DNA of 64,000 nt from the NCBI GenBank assembly GCA_964106645.2, contig OZ067044.1; one strand, written 5' to 3'. Position numbers and translations under genes: made by a program. The notes beneath the pieces are model-generated. The model saw nothing but the letters and a program-made list of their open reading frames with translations. It had not been told where the DNA came from and did no database searches. Origin of the DNA: Podarcis pityusensis (lineage: Eukaryota). Below, in pieces: positions 24,995 through 39,000 of this stretch. The stretch's first letter is position 1; every line of letters begins with the position of its first letter.

Positions 24995-27152
24995 GGACAC
25001 TTCCTGTCCTAGGGCAGGGATATCCAGATCCAGTGGTTCCTTAGGCCCACTGGCATTGTGGAGATCTGCTGGATATTCATTCTCCTTTTACTCCTCATCT
25101 AAGGAGACCTCAGGTTTGAGGTTCTCATCTGTCTGCTTATAAGAGAAGGATGTATGAATTTACCTTATCTTACTGGACTCAAGCTGGAAATGAACATTGG
25201 TTATTTGGGCAGACCTCCCACTTTTAAGCCTTTGCCTTCCAGGCTTGCTGCTAAAATGCCTACAGAATTGTGGGAGAATTATTCCAGACCAAAAAAAAAG
25301 GGTCTGCGCTGTAAGCGGAATAAGGTAAATGAGGGGTGGGGGAAGACTGGCAAATTGGCTATTAATTTTACTTTTCATGTTTACTTACCAGTCACTCATG
25401 ATCTAATCACAGTCATGCTTAATGTATAAAAATAAATCTGAATATTTACTGTTGAGACATGTAATGCCCTATTTATATTAAAAAGGTAAACCAGTGATAT
25501 ATCTTTATGGGTGCCAATGTAACGGCTATTAGATTTATAATATAGAGAATAAACATAATTTTATTAGGAAGAGCAATAGTTCACAATCCTATTATTGTTT
25601 ATTGCTGACGTCAGGACTGAACTAATAATAAGAGTCATGTAACAACTGCATATAATAAAAATAAATGTTGATTGCATTTGCAGGCAAAGGGATCTTTTGA
25701 AAGGAAAATGCTGATTTGAAAAGCCCATTCTCTCTTGCTTCCAGATATTGGGCAGGGCCCTTTCTCCCAGACCTCATGAAAGTAGTATTGGTGGCCATGC
25801 TGTGGGTTTAGAGCAAGGAGCAGTGACAGGCAATTAGATGCATATGAAGAACTTTACATTGTTAAGTTGCTGAAGTAATAATGATTCTTTGAGAAAGGAG
25901 GGGGGATTTGGAGTTAGGGGTGCTTTGGTTCATTTCAACAACAGATGCTTCAAGTCTCGGGGATATTGTTCTTGGCATCAGGGTGAAGTCTTTTAAAGTG
26001 AAGAATAGGTTTTCCCTATATGGTCCTCGGGGCTTTCCTAGGGTTTAAAAATATCTAAAAAGCCTAAGAGAATAAAAAAGGTTTATACTGGGTACAAAAA
26101 AAAAAAAAAAATAGCAGTGCAGGTGCAAGGCACACTTCCCTGGAGAGTCTTCCACAGGCTCTTCATCCAGTTGCCACCAACAGGACCTCAGAAGGTGGGA
26201 GCACTGCAAGAATGCCTCAGGTGAAGAAGACCTTGGCTATCAGGTGACTGGTGCTGGGGAAGATGGTCAACAAGTGCTTGGGTCTTAGGCATTGGAGGGA
26301 TAAAGAGGTAAGCACCAGCACTTAGAACTGAACTTGAAAACTTAGGCTGTTGTTTTAGCACAGGAGAGATATGGGAGTTTTTCTGCACTTATTATTTATA
26401 GTGGAGCAGATGGTATTTGATTTGATGTTCATAAGAGTGAATTTGGAGCTGGTTGTCTGCACCTTTGGTCACTGTTCTTACAGAGTGAGTGTGGTTTTCT
26501 GTCTCACACTAATGGTAGGCTGTGCCCAATCTGAGAAAAAGGTCTGTTGCTGTATTCACATCCCTTGTGTACCCTCATGTTTCTCCGTAAGAACCTGCTG
26601 GATGAGACCAAAGAACTGCCATAACTCCATCCTTTGAACTGAATAGATCACAAACTTCCCTTCAGAGGGAAGTGGTGTGAAACAGACATCTCCAAAATCA
26701 CATCCATCCTTACCCCCTCCAGAAAGAAGGCAGGATGTTACTGAGCCACATGCCACACAAATGAAAATATTGAGAATCGATTCCAGGTCTTGCACAAGTG
26801 TTGAAAAAGGATTCCCTCCCTTAGTATATTTAGGGTTGCCATATTTCAAAAAGTAAAAACCAGGACACTCTGAAAGTTGTGATGATGTCATGTGGCAGCA
26901 TGCCACAAAGTCTGGGTAGGGGAAAGGACAGCAGTCATACAGCTATAAAAGGTAAGAGCCCATGATTATCTCATTGCTCAGCACCAGTTATAGTTCTTAA
27001 CTAACTTCAGTTTTAAAGTTGTAGTCAAAGACTATAGCACACACAGAGTGCTGTAGTAATCCAACCTTGAAGTTAACCAGGGCATGGATAACTGGGCTGA
27101 TCTGTTTAGGAACTCATTGCCAGGGCAGACTGAAGTGATATTGAGCTTTTCC

Positions 27153-27256
27153 AACTGGAAGGACGGCATAGATTATTTATTAACGGATTAGGTGAGAATG
27201 TGTAACTGGAAGGATGGTGAGGATTATTAATGAATGGATTAAGTGAGAATATGTAA
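27153..27256 (+). repeat. Diverged 51-bp tandem duplication
   Basis: AACTGGAAGGA...GGATTA.GTGAGAAT.TGT units at 27153 and 27204. Confidence 0.85.
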
Positions 27257-28599
27257 TCATCAGCACTTACTAAAAGCTCTAGATAAGCACTTGAACATGT
27301 GATCATATGAAAAAGGTAAAGCATATGTACAATGTTAAATTGGCACAGGGGCACAGAATAGCTGAAATCTAAGCCATGGTGAAAACTATACAGAACAAGT
27401 TTATTATTACTAACACGGCCAATGAAAGCTCATTAAGTTTTACCTATTACTCTCAAGATCTAAAGATAGATCTTTTTAAAAATGAAGTATCTAATACCTA
27501 TATTGTTCTTTGGTTAGCAACAGGCAAGGGGGCCAGAGTTTTGTTTTGTTTTTAAAAAAGAATGAAATCCCATAGAAAAGCGATTCAATTCTATTTCCAT
27601 TTAGACTTAAAAAAAAAATCCCAGCCTTAATCAGCATGGTTGTTTATGGTACATCTTTCCAAATAAGATTGCTGTCTTGCAAGCACTGTAGATGCCACTT
27701 TGTTACATCTAAACTGCTTACGAGACAGCACTCCTATCTGATAAGGAGAAGCACAGCCATACATATTTATTTATATTTGAACTCTTGCCCTCCGTACTGC
27801 ACTGCGGGTCATGTATCTGCTCCAAAACCACCTTATTAATTTTCTACTAGTATTCTAGGTATGATGGTTAGGCTGAGTCTCATAGTGATCCAAGCCTGAA
27901 AGGCCCTTTTTCTTTCTTTAACTCTTAAGCCACTAGAATGTATAATAAAAAGGTGTTTGTGGGGAGCCAAGCAATTTGTTAGGTGCTGGGAGAATGACTG
28001 AAATCAAAACATATATATATATATATATTAGCCAGAGATATACATACATGCACACACCTCAAGTTAAATTAGATCAATGGATAATGATGTCATTTGATTA
28101 ATAAAGAAATTACAGAAGGCAGTTAGCTGGAGAGAGTATGATCTATTAAAATAAGTTTCATTTCAGCATTCTCCTGGCATATCTGAGCTCCCTTATATCA
28201 GCTGTTTCAGAAACATTCCTAGAGTTCGGTGCATGATGCAATCCAGTGATCTGCTGCAGGGCTCTTATCCACACACAGAGTTACTTTGCTCCAACAGCTT
28301 TTCACTCACTTCAGTGGATTGGTCAGTTTTGAGCTCTAAACCAGGGCGGCTTTCATCCCAAGTGAAAGTACAAAAGTACTTCAACATAGAACCATGGTGG
28401 GCCACTCACTGCCTTGTTGTGTGTGGTGAAGGGGGAACGAAGCAATTGTGTGTGTGTGTGTCAGAATTATTTTACTGATCTACTTATTCAAGTATAGCAA
28501 GTTTCAGAGTGAGTTCTCTTCTTTTCACTGATATGGCTTTAAAGGGAGGTTTAGTCCACATGCTAGTCCATTGGGTGGGGTTAATTTCATAGCCTATGC

Positions 28600-29290
28600 C
28601 ACCCACCCATTTTTTTTATTGCATCAAGGGGGTTTGTGGGGCTTTGGAGCAGTGTTTTGTATATTGTGGATACCATCCCCTTGCCATGTCCCATTGTCAT
28701 TAGAAGGTTTTTGAAGGTGGTCAAGGACCTAGAGGCTGTTGATTTTACTGCTGGATTGTTCTAAGAAGCCATGCCGTTGGTGGTGTGTTAGCCAGGGTAT
28801 TTGGGTGTCCCCTAGCTTGTTTTGTATTTATTGTGTCAATATGGGTTTCTTGTTTTTGTATAAGTCTGCTAGGAGATATAGGCCTTGGGCTTGCCAGGTT
28901 TTTATCTGACGATTTTGTGCTGCATGGTGGAATAGTGGGTGGTGAACCAGGAGGATTAGTGGGAATGGGGTTGGGGACAGTTTGCCTACTTCTTCCTTCC
29001 ATGCTTGAAACATGGTCTGTGTGAACCTGTTTAGTGTTGTGGGGATTTTCCTTAGTTTGTTTTGGAGGAAAGGATATACTGTGGTGGGAATGTTTTTGAT
29101 TATGTCTCTCCCCCAGTGTACCCATTGTTTGGTCTCGTCTTCTAGAATGTATGGGATTATGTGGTGGACTTGGTTGGCGATGTAGTGTAGGGATGTTGGG
29201 GATTCCTCAGCCCCCTTCTGAGGTGGGGAGATGCATGTGTTTGGGGCTTATTCTCGGCTTTTTGTGTGAGAACATAAAGAAGCGTAGTTT
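28600..29290 (-). mobile_element. Decayed L1-clade LINE ORF2 fragment
   Basis: Minus strand FFMFSHKKPRISPKHMHLPTSEGG*GIPNI...YIA (L1 KPRI...GGLGxPN..YY.A motif) and KGMVSTIYKTLL; A/C-rich strand skew; boundaries approximate. Confidence 0.7.
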
Positions 29291-29490
29291 GTTCTGCCAT
29301 CATCTACAGGCCTCATCATCCAGGTCTTGATGTGCTCCCGCTTCTGCCAAGCTCAGAAAATATGGCCAGTGGTTGAGGTGGTGGGTGTTGCAGGTCGTGG
29401 GTTATTCACACCTGCCATAAATGTTTAGGTGTACACCTGACAATGTAAAATGTGAATGTGCTCAAACTAGTTGGCATACATAAGCATTGT

Positions 29491-29611
29491 GGGTTGTATC
29501 CAACTCAGTTCTGCTCAGAGTTGAACAAATGAAATAAATGAACCTAAATTACTCATGCTAACTAGTTTCAACAAGTTTCCTCTGAGTAGGACTAACATTG
29601 GCTACAACGCC
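29491..29611. mobile_element. Palindromic MITE, same family as 47149-47245
   Basis: Ends GGGTTGTATCCAA...TTGGCTACAACGC; CTCAGAG/CTCTGAG arms. Confidence 0.55.
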
Positions 29612-29697
29612 ATATACTATACCACTTTGTTTTTTGGCAAGCAGCCCCGGGAAGGTTGGTGACAAGCGAATGTCATCCTCACACTGAGAAAGGTTCC

Positions 29698-29744
29698 CCA
29701 GGCCTGTCATATAGGAACACCAGGCCTGTCATATAGGAACACCA
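29698..29744 (+). repeat. Perfect 22-bp tandem duplication CCAGGCCTGTCATATAGGAACA
   Basis: Units start at 29698 and 29720. Confidence 0.95.
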
Positions 29745-32700
29745 ATCAGGTAATTGGATTTAGCTGCAGCTTTGTGACCAGATGAGTGACCAGTGGCTTG
29801 GGAACCCTATGCTGCAGAATGTGAAATTTGCGAGACAGAATAATCAGACTTAATACTGACTTTCTTTATTTATTACTGACCTTTTCTGTAATTCAGGGGA
29901 TTTCTTTCATGTGTTCCTTATTTATATTTTGTACATTTGCCTTTTACAGAATTAATAAAATTTAAATAAATAAGCAAACAAACTTCTGCTTGGTGTGATC
30001 TTCATGTGGGTGAACCCTTAACATGTTACAACCCCCTGGGATCAGTTTATCTTTTGTTAGATGTAGATGATATTGATGGCACTTTGGCTAAGGGAGAGCA
30101 CATGTTTCAGAGTCCCTTTGGTGCGCTAGCAAAGGTGGAGAAAACATGAGGTGATCTGCCTCCACAGGCAAGAACATACAGTGCAAAGACTGCCTAGTAC
30201 CCAGGTGAAAAGTGATTTGCTGCTCACATGTTGGGAATTGATAGCAGAAAAACACTGAAGAGCTCTTACTCAATGTGCGACATTACAAGCCTCCAGACTT
30301 TTTCCTTGACAGTCTCTAATAGCACAGCGGAAGGAGGCTGACATATCAGTACAGTCAAGCCAACTTCCCTTCCATACGTCATTCAGTCTAAAAGGTGAAA
30401 AAAATGCAGCTCTGCGCTATTAAATACCTAATCGCAGATGTTTTGTTCCTTAGGAAAGCAGACTATCAAACGGTGTCACATAAGGGCCTCCTTGACATCT
30501 GTTACTGTGTGTTCAACAACAAAAATACTACACTGCAGGATAGTTGTGCTAAATTTATTATTATTGTAGACTTGGGGACCACTGACAAAAACTTTTTAAA
30601 TAATCTAGGGTGGGAGGGGGAAGCAAAGCAAAGCAAAGTCTATATTTGTGCAGTCTTAGAACAAGCCCAACTGAAAGCTGCTTTGGGAGATATAACCCCA
30701 GTTCTCCCTTCAACTTAACGTCTGTATCTGATAAATGTACACATGTATTTTATGCAGCCCCCATGGTAAGTCTGAATACTTTGGGTTGCCTGCTGAGAAT
30801 AGGTCTAATATAAACCAGGGAGAGTAGACTGCTTTTCTCTTCACAGTTATGTCACTGCAAAAAAAGAGGAAAAGTGCACATACCACCCCCAACAAATAAC
30901 CTTGCAGTCAAAAAGATACACATTTGTATTTGTGCCTGAGTGCATGTGTATAATTCTCTCCTATTCCCTTTCATAAACTGTAATTGGAGAGGTCCAAAAC
31001 TGCACCTCAGAAATCAGAGCCACAATGAGGTTATTGCAGACCTTTTGTGTAGATACCTGCTCCCTTTGTTGTGGAATTTAGACCCTAAGAATGCATGTCG
31101 CTGATGATCATGGGACCTACTTTCTTGTTCTGTGAGAGGGAGTGGTGTTGCATTGAACCATTTGCCGCTGTTTGGGATGAATTCACCACAGTATGCCTGC
31201 TAGAACAGGAGGACTGCATTGCTTGCCCTTCCCTCTCCCATCCGAAGTGTGGCAACAGGATTCAAAAAAGGAAGCCATAGTGGACTTGGATTTATTATCG
31301 CTACACAGATCATCCTTCTGGATATTTACATTAAATGCAGTTGTTTCTTCTGGTTTGAATGAAAAATGACATTTAAAGCATCGTACGTGACGAACCATGT
31401 TAAATACATACAGGATTTTGTCCCTTGTCACTTTGACGCATCTAATTATTTGCAGTATTGTGATCTCGTTTGATCCTTTGTATAAATTTTAAGCCACTCC
31501 TTTCCTGTCATCGCCAAACTGCATTTCACTGGTATGAGTGTAGTAAATGTTGAGATAGCTGAGACAAGCCCTTTTAGAATTCATTCATTAACCTCGGGTA
31601 TTTTTAGGTACAATATGGTAGATTTATCTTTAAAGGCTTTAACTCACTGTGCAAAGATTTTATACTAAAACTGATTTTAATCCTATATGCACATTCTAAA
31701 ATGATAATATGTTATAGTATATCATTCAGTTAACCCTCATTTGAAGTTCCTCTGGGTTAAACTTTTTCTTTCTTTTTTGTCTTTTTGGTTACGTACATTA
31801 CTTTGCTTTTCTATTGCTCTATTTGTAACGTTACCAATCTACATGGATTAAACAGTCTCCTTCAAAATGGATTTGAGCGGACCAACCTTCCTGGGAGCTT
31901 TGTACCAGAGATTGCTTTGCAATTGGGAGTGAATACAGTGCTTACATGAGCAAGCATAAGCTCCGATTAATATTCGATTACTGACTTGTGGACCAAGCCC
32001 TGAACCTGGAACATATACTTCTAGATCTGGCTCTGACCAGTGATGATTGGACACTGACCATGTACAGTGTAATGCATCAGGAAGTCTGGTTTCTACCTGC
32101 CCAATGAAATATGCGCATCAGCAACAAACAAAGGAGTGTGTGTCTTTTCACCTATATTTAGGAATGTGTTGGAACTTGTGTGTCACTGTAGTCTACAGAC
32201 AAGAAGTGAAGATGAGAAAAGAAAGGAGTAGAAAGTTAGTTGCAAGCCAGTTAGTTGTGGTGCATGCATGATGAGCCTCCTTCTCAGCTGATCTGCACAA
32301 ATTGGCAGAGGAGGGGGAATGTGTGTCGTGTGTGTGCAAAAGGTGTACATGAGAGTTGTGGGGTGGTCACATCCACCATGCGCATATGGCCCCTGGTGAG
32401 TGGACAGAGTGAATGCCAACTTTTTTTTAGCTACCCCTGTGTTGCATGCATGTTTAGTGAATCATCCAGTTTTGCTCAACATTATACTTAGATTTGAAAG
32501 AACTAAACATGCCTAAGCAGTTACGAGACCTAGGATACAGAGGGCAGCCCTTGTTCTTTTGGAAGTTATATTCCTTCTTCCTAGTGTTTCCATCCCTCTG
32601 TCTGAAGTCTACATTTCTCCATCAGTAGACTGTGCAAGCTCCCAGTACTTCTGGCATTTCCCGACTTTAATCTCTCAAATATCTGTCCTGTACAACAGCT

Positions 32701-33620
32701 GTATGAAAGTGTGGACACTCTTCCCATGAAAGGATTTCCCTGAAGGAAACAAAAGCTGCTTCTCTGTGCCTCCCTGTCTGCAGTATCCACATTCTTATTC
32801 TTCTCATTAGGTCTGACCTGTCAGGCAGGCCCCTGCAATATCACAGCATAAGGTGACAGGTTTCAGTGAGTGACAAAGTCTCTTTACTTGCTACAGAACA
32901 GCCAGTCTGCCACTTTTGTACGACGAAAAAGGATCATATTCTCTTCCCCCCTCCCTTCCACTGCTTCTGCCCAGCTGAGCTTCTGGTAATCGTGTCTCTT
33001 TGCTTCCAATGCTGCTTTGCAGCACCGCTCACTGTTTGCTAGACAATGTGAAACAAGGCTAATTTTTCTGACATGATATATTAAGATTTTGAAAATGTAT
33101 GGTGAAGAAAAGTAAAGTGAATAGAACTGTGTGTGAGAGAGAAGCTCTCCAGATTATTATCATTTATAATGGCAACCGACAGCTGTCTACCAAAGGCAGG
33201 GCCGGGGTGTAAAAAATCTGAATCCTTGCTAAGGAAAAAAGAGTGTAGAGTAGATAAACATCTTGTCAGTACAAATGTCGCTGCTTGCCAGACAGAATGA
33301 TCCCCCCTCCAATGTGCCACTCTGGGGGTTCTGCCACATACACGCTAAGCCAATTTTGGGGGGCAAGGAAGAGGAGAAGCAGAACACCTTGCACAGGGCT
33401 TACACTGATGGGGCTCATAAGGTAAATCCTGCTCATAGCAACTAGAAGAAGGTATAAGATAAGCACTTTTAAACTCATTTATTAAAATGAGTGTAATTTA
33501 TAACTTTTAATATTCAGTACGTATTGCTATTCGTAGTTATTCACATCATCAGCATCATTACTATTGGAAACAGTATTATGTTATCTGCAACATGCCATTA
33601 ATTATGACATCTGTAACATC

Positions 33621-33735
33621 ATTCAGTTGAAGTTTAACTCAGAGTAGACCCATTGAAATTAAGGAACATGACAAATATAGGTGCATTAATCTCAGTAGGT
33701 CTATTCTCTGACGAAACCTTAGTTGTGTACCACTC
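33621..33735. mobile_element. Palindromic MITE, same family as 47149-47245
   Basis: ACTCAGAGTAGACCCATTGAAATTAA...TTAATCTCAGTAGGTCTATTCTGA. Confidence 0.6.
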
Positions 33736-34069
33736 AATATCCTTTATCTAATATGCTTATAGACGAATTCATAGGGTTCCGAAACGGTCCCATTGGCCAA
33801 AAATGGAAGCTGATTTTTGGAGCACATGAAACCAGTAGACACTAGGTTTAGTCCCTGAAACTTGGGCACTAGGCCAGACATGGAGCTGTCCATGACTCAT
33901 TTTCTGTCCTCTGAAAGTGTGGAGAATTCCTATTCAATGTGCCGTAGCAAAATATGGCGAGCCCCACTTGTCATTGTAGGGTTACATTAAATTCACCAAA
34001 CAAGCAATATATGAAAACAAGGTGGGGTGGGGAAACATTGCTAATAATTGGTGCATCAAAAACATAAGC

Positions 34070-34816
34070 TAGGTTGGGGGTGAGGGAGTCACTATCATCC
34101 AAGAATATTTTATATCTTTCACAGGGAGACCAGTCCAGTTCATGGGCAGGCAGATTGAAGAGCTCGTTTCTGGTGCTGGGTCAGAGAGACGCAGTGGGGA
34201 TTTGGCTGGTTATCATCCATCCCACTTCCCAGATGTCTCCCTCCCTGAACTGATAGAGGTGGCTTCAAGAGTAGTGCTGGAAAAACCCCAGACAGTGGTA
34301 AAAAGAGATTTCAACATCCACATCAGAGTCGTCTTGACTGAGCCAGCTCTGGGCTTCAAAACAACCACAGAACTGTCTCAGCACATCACTCAATATACCA
34401 CACACACAATCACTGACCCAACATGTATGGTAGGCCATAACTTCAACTTTAAGATCTACCATGGTGGTCCCTGTTATTCCATCGCCCAGCAAAGTCCATT
34501 GTTCAGTAGTCTGGAAGAGGATCTTCTTGGTGGCAGACTATATTTGTGGAATGCCCTCTTCACTGAGACACAGCTGGCACCAATACTATGTAGATTTTGT
34601 GTCATCTAAATTCTTGCCTTTTTGTCTGGGCTTTTGGTAGCTGGGGGCAGGGGAGACTGATGGTGAGGCCGGTTTTATATTTCTGGAGTAGTGGCAGAAT
34701 GAAGCTAAATTTTATTTCATGTTACATTAATGGATTTTTGTTGCATTGGTGTAACCTACCCTGGGATCAAAGATTGCTAAAAGGTGAGATAGAAATTAAA
34801 CAAGTAAACAAATAAT
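34070..34816 (+). mobile_element. Decayed L2-clade LINE: endonuclease segment joined to the 3' end
   Basis: ORF 34142..34609 has SLPELIEVAS...RDFNIH (APE GDFNIH) and ITDPTCMVGH, then LWNALFTETQLAP (L2 C-terminus); A-rich tail near 34800. Confidence 0.7.
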
Positions 34817-35736
34817 GTTCAGTTAAGCAAGTGAACACAAAATTAGTAGTGAAAAGATGGTATAACATGAAACAGGAAAATCCTAGAGCAACTGTGCTCT
34901 AGGATGAATTAGACATGCTAATTATTTAATTTAACTTCTAAAAGTTAAAGCTATATTGAAAATTACCATATTAAGACTTTGAGTAGGCATTTTATAATCC
35001 GACGGATCCTTCCCAGCCTTTATGGCTACAGTTTTTTAGATCATTTCTAGAAAAGAAAAGGCAGTATCTTGGCATACCTATGCATCTTCCATGAACAGTC
35101 TTGAAAAATTGTATCAACAAGGAACCCAACCAACCAGCATCAAATATAGTATATCCAAACACATGGAAGGCTTAGAGACCCATTAATTGCCTGAGTATTG
35201 ATTATTTTGGTACTTGCCAACTCCTCCAATCAATGTAACCTCCAGTTACAACCCTAGCTTTATATCTTATTGCTGTCCTTGAGTATGACTGCTCTGAAAA
35301 ATGTGAACCATTTCAGAACGACATTGAAGCATCTTGGGAAATGCATGAGAGGTGGGGATGTGATATAGAGGAATTCCAAAGAGCATGCTCTGTTAGAGGT
35401 ACTGGCTCCATCAGTGTGAGTTTAAAAAAATCTGTCTCTGAAGCAGCCTTATATGAAAGTTTGGCATCCATGGCATTGATCTTGGATACAAATAACTTCA
35501 ATATGAAAGAAAAATGGTTTTCTTTTGTTAAATTATTTGTTGTTTTAATGGCTTCCTGTAAAGGGATTTTTCAAATTTTCAGCTGAAGATTTGTGCACTG
35601 TGGCTGCAAGTCCAGAGAATATTATATTATATTTTACAGATAATCGTGACCAACCCTCCTTCCATCTATCAGAAGTCCCGTACAAAATGATTTAGCATAT
35701 GTTCTTGGTAGCAGACGCGATCCACTCAAATATCTG

Positions 35737-35765
<29 letters not shown>
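35737..35765 (+). repeat. (TAT)n microsatellite
   Basis: Direct reading. Confidence 0.95.
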
Positions 35766-35767
<2 letters not shown>

Positions 35768-36024
35768 GTATTTTTCGCTCTATAAGACGCACCAGACCAT
35801 AAGACGCACCTAGTTTTTGGAGGAGGAAAAGAAGAAAAAGAATATTCTGAATCTCCGAAGCCAGAACAACAAGAGGGATCGCTGCACAATGAAAGCAGTG
35901 ATCCCTTTTATTGTTCTGGCTTCTGGGATAGCTGCGCAGCCTGCATTCGCTCCATAAGACACACACACATTTCCCCTTACTTTTTAGGAGAGAAAAAGTG
36001 AGTCTTATAGAGCAAAAAGTACGG
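35766..36024. mobile_element. Tc1/mariner-superfamily MITE (CCGTA-ended, Tc2/pogo-like)
   Basis: TIRs CCGTATTTTTCGCTCTATAAGAC...GTCTTATAGAGCAAAAAGTACGG with TA TSD; sits at the end of a (TAT)n run. Confidence 0.88.
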
Positions 36025-39000
36025 TATTTGACCAACCAGATATCTCCAGGAAACAGGACAGGAAGGCAATAGCATTCTCCCATTTTGCTTCCCACCAGCT
36101 GGTACCCAGACATGCTTCCTCTAAACCTGAAGGTACCATATAGCCATATTTATTTATTTTACAAAACTTTTGTGCCTCTTATTAGGAGAGTTGCTGCTCA
36201 AAGTGGTGTGCAATCCATAAAAGTAATGACAATTAATATAATAAGAACCCATTACAATAAAACTGCTTAAAACCAGCCCTGGACAATAGCCCCAATCCCC
36301 ACCCCAATCCTCTTTTAAGAACATCTAAATTTATAGTTGTCACTACATTTTGTGGCAAATTATTTATTGTAATACCTCTCATGTATTATTATTATTATTT
36401 ACTTGAATAAAAAGTGATTGACATATCATGCAGCCTAATTCTTGGGTCTGATGCACTGGTGTACAAACATAAACTTCAAGAGCTACTACAGTGAGGTACC
36501 ATCACAGCCCATCGCATTGTGTCCTTTGTCAAAAGGGACCTTAGCTCATGCTACAAGGGGGTTACTTCTGCTATGTGAGAGTCAGCTACCATTACCATGA
36601 GCATCATTAACTCAATATGCAAGCTGTAATATAAGCAGAGCCGGCCCTACCATCAGGCAGAACAACAACTGTAGAACAATTTCTGTATGCTGACCATGCA
36701 AACAAAAAACCCCTCCCACCATTTTGAAAATAAGGGAATCATCTATGGAAGTCTTCAGTCAGTCTTTGAATTCGGGGTTGGGGTGGGGAGTCAACTATTG
36801 CAGTGAGGGAAAATGTGATCTGTTAGCAGATGGAGTATGCCTGACATCACATGCAATTCTTGGAGTTTATCTCTGAATAATAACCATGGAACAACATTTT
36901 CTGTGTCCTGAGTGTGTAGAAACAACAATCCTATATGAAGAAAGACTCCTTTAATCTTCAAATAAATGAATTAAACTTCCTGCAAGAATTTTGCAAAACA
37001 AAATTACCTACTTATCTTGAAGGGCAAGATGATCTATTTAAATCATTATGTTTCTGTTGTATATCTAAATATTGAAATTCATCTCTGGGAAATGTCTACC
37101 AGAAAGTGAACACAATCCTCCTTAATAGTTCTAATCTTTCACTGTAATATGTGCACCAGAGGGTGCTATGTTGTGAGTCTGTATGGGAAAATTAGAAATT
37201 CTAAAATGCATTTAGGATTTCATATAAAAAGGGTAGTAGTAAAAGGGCTAACTGTAGATACTGGTCTTCATGCAAAAGGAATAACAGCACAGTTTTCAAG
37301 CTGCAGTTGTTTTCCTCCTCAAATGAAATATGTGATGTGTGTTTTCACCAACTGTCTAAATAAAGGTTTAGTGAGTCACTGAGGGAAACAGAAAATCTTT
37401 ATTTTAAGAGCTGCAGAGCTGAAGCTTAAGAGTTTTCTGTGAAAAAGCTTCCCTTAGGTTTGTAATTTAAACATTACCCATCTGCTATTTCTTCCCAGGT
37501 CTGCATTTACAGCAAATCTGAGTTTTTCTTTTTAAGATGTACTGATTGGCCCATGCCGTCTACGGAGAAGGATAGAAACCTACTTTATTGATCTATTAAT
37601 GATACATTCCTTCCGGTCTAAATTGAAAGGGAAGTTTTTCCTAGTTAATGTCTGAATTCTTGAAAAAGGGTCACCACAGGTGGTCCAACAACAGAAGGGA
37701 AGATAAAAGCTGGAAATATAATGGAGATGCGCAAGCCATTTCCCAAAACCACACAGAAGCAAACTGAGAGAGCATGTCCAAATTCGATTTTCAACCATCT
37801 ACCACTGTGGACAATAGAAAGGGTCTCTCCAGATTGCTGAGGCATTCTGCAACATGTTCTGGCACAATAATAGTGTATTTGTGATTTAATCTGTTTGGTG
37901 GGTTGTTCTGCGATGTTTTTCCAATGCTACCACATGATTGCTGTCCGGAGGGGCTATAGAGCAACAAAAGCTTAAGACCATTGTGGTATTCAAAGTTATA
38001 GGATTTTAGCAGGAAGTTACAGGATATGGACTGATTGGACATGAAACACTGTGACCATCCCCAAGTGCTTGCAGGCACAAACAGTATTGAAAGTGGGATT
38101 GTGTATGACTACCCCGATAGCATCATCAGCACAAGTCATCATGCATGCATAATAATAACAATAATAATACCTGGAGGGCCCCCCAAAGTACTATGAAAGT
38201 CAGTAGTCATGGGACATGCCCCCACAAATGTGGCCAGATCTTTAAAGCAGTATGATACCATTAACATTTTGTTGATGACTACACCTAAGGCTGATTCACA
38301 CATGCAAGCCCCTCTTGCAGTCTTCATGTGAATCTATATACAATGTGTACAATGGTCGTGTGATGAAATGTTGACATGCATAGAGAATTAATTTCTTACA
38401 ATTCCTGATTTTGGAATTATACTGATAAAAATCCAGTCAAGGATAAGAATCAGCTTCTTTTAATATGTCTAGAAAATTAATTGCTTTTTAAAAATGGTGC
38501 ATCAAATATATTGTTATGATTATATTCTTGGTTTATAAACGATCCCCACTCAGACTGCTATTCTGAAACAACTGTGAATATTTGGAAACTGGACACCAGC
38601 TTCAGTAGAAGCTGAACTGTAGCCAGTTGTGTTTTTAGAAAGTACCTGTGAAAAAGAAAGAAAACAAGAAAGTACTTCTCCCAGCACCTAACTTGTATTT
38701 CTGTCTCCAGACTCCATTATTAATGAACTCATTCACTTTCATAAAAACAACCACACAAGGGCTTCTAACCATATCTATAAAACTATTTAATGCACTTTTC
38801 GAAACAAGGCATCTTACAGCCAAAGTAATTGCAGTTTTACTAGACCTTTAAATGAGAAGCAGCTACTTATTAAGTTTTGATATGGTGAGCTGATTAGACA
38901 AGTTAAACATAAAGGCACAATTTATGTGTGCTGTATAACCACATGCACATGTAATGCAGTTCTAACATTGAAGTTCAGCACCCACTGCATTTAGAAATCC

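Noticed and set aside
37490-37600. Acceptor-like TTTTCTTCCCAG and ATGCCGTCTACGGAGAAGGAT (MPSTEKD, filamin-like start)
   Set aside because: The frame stops after 12 codons; the similarity is coincidental.
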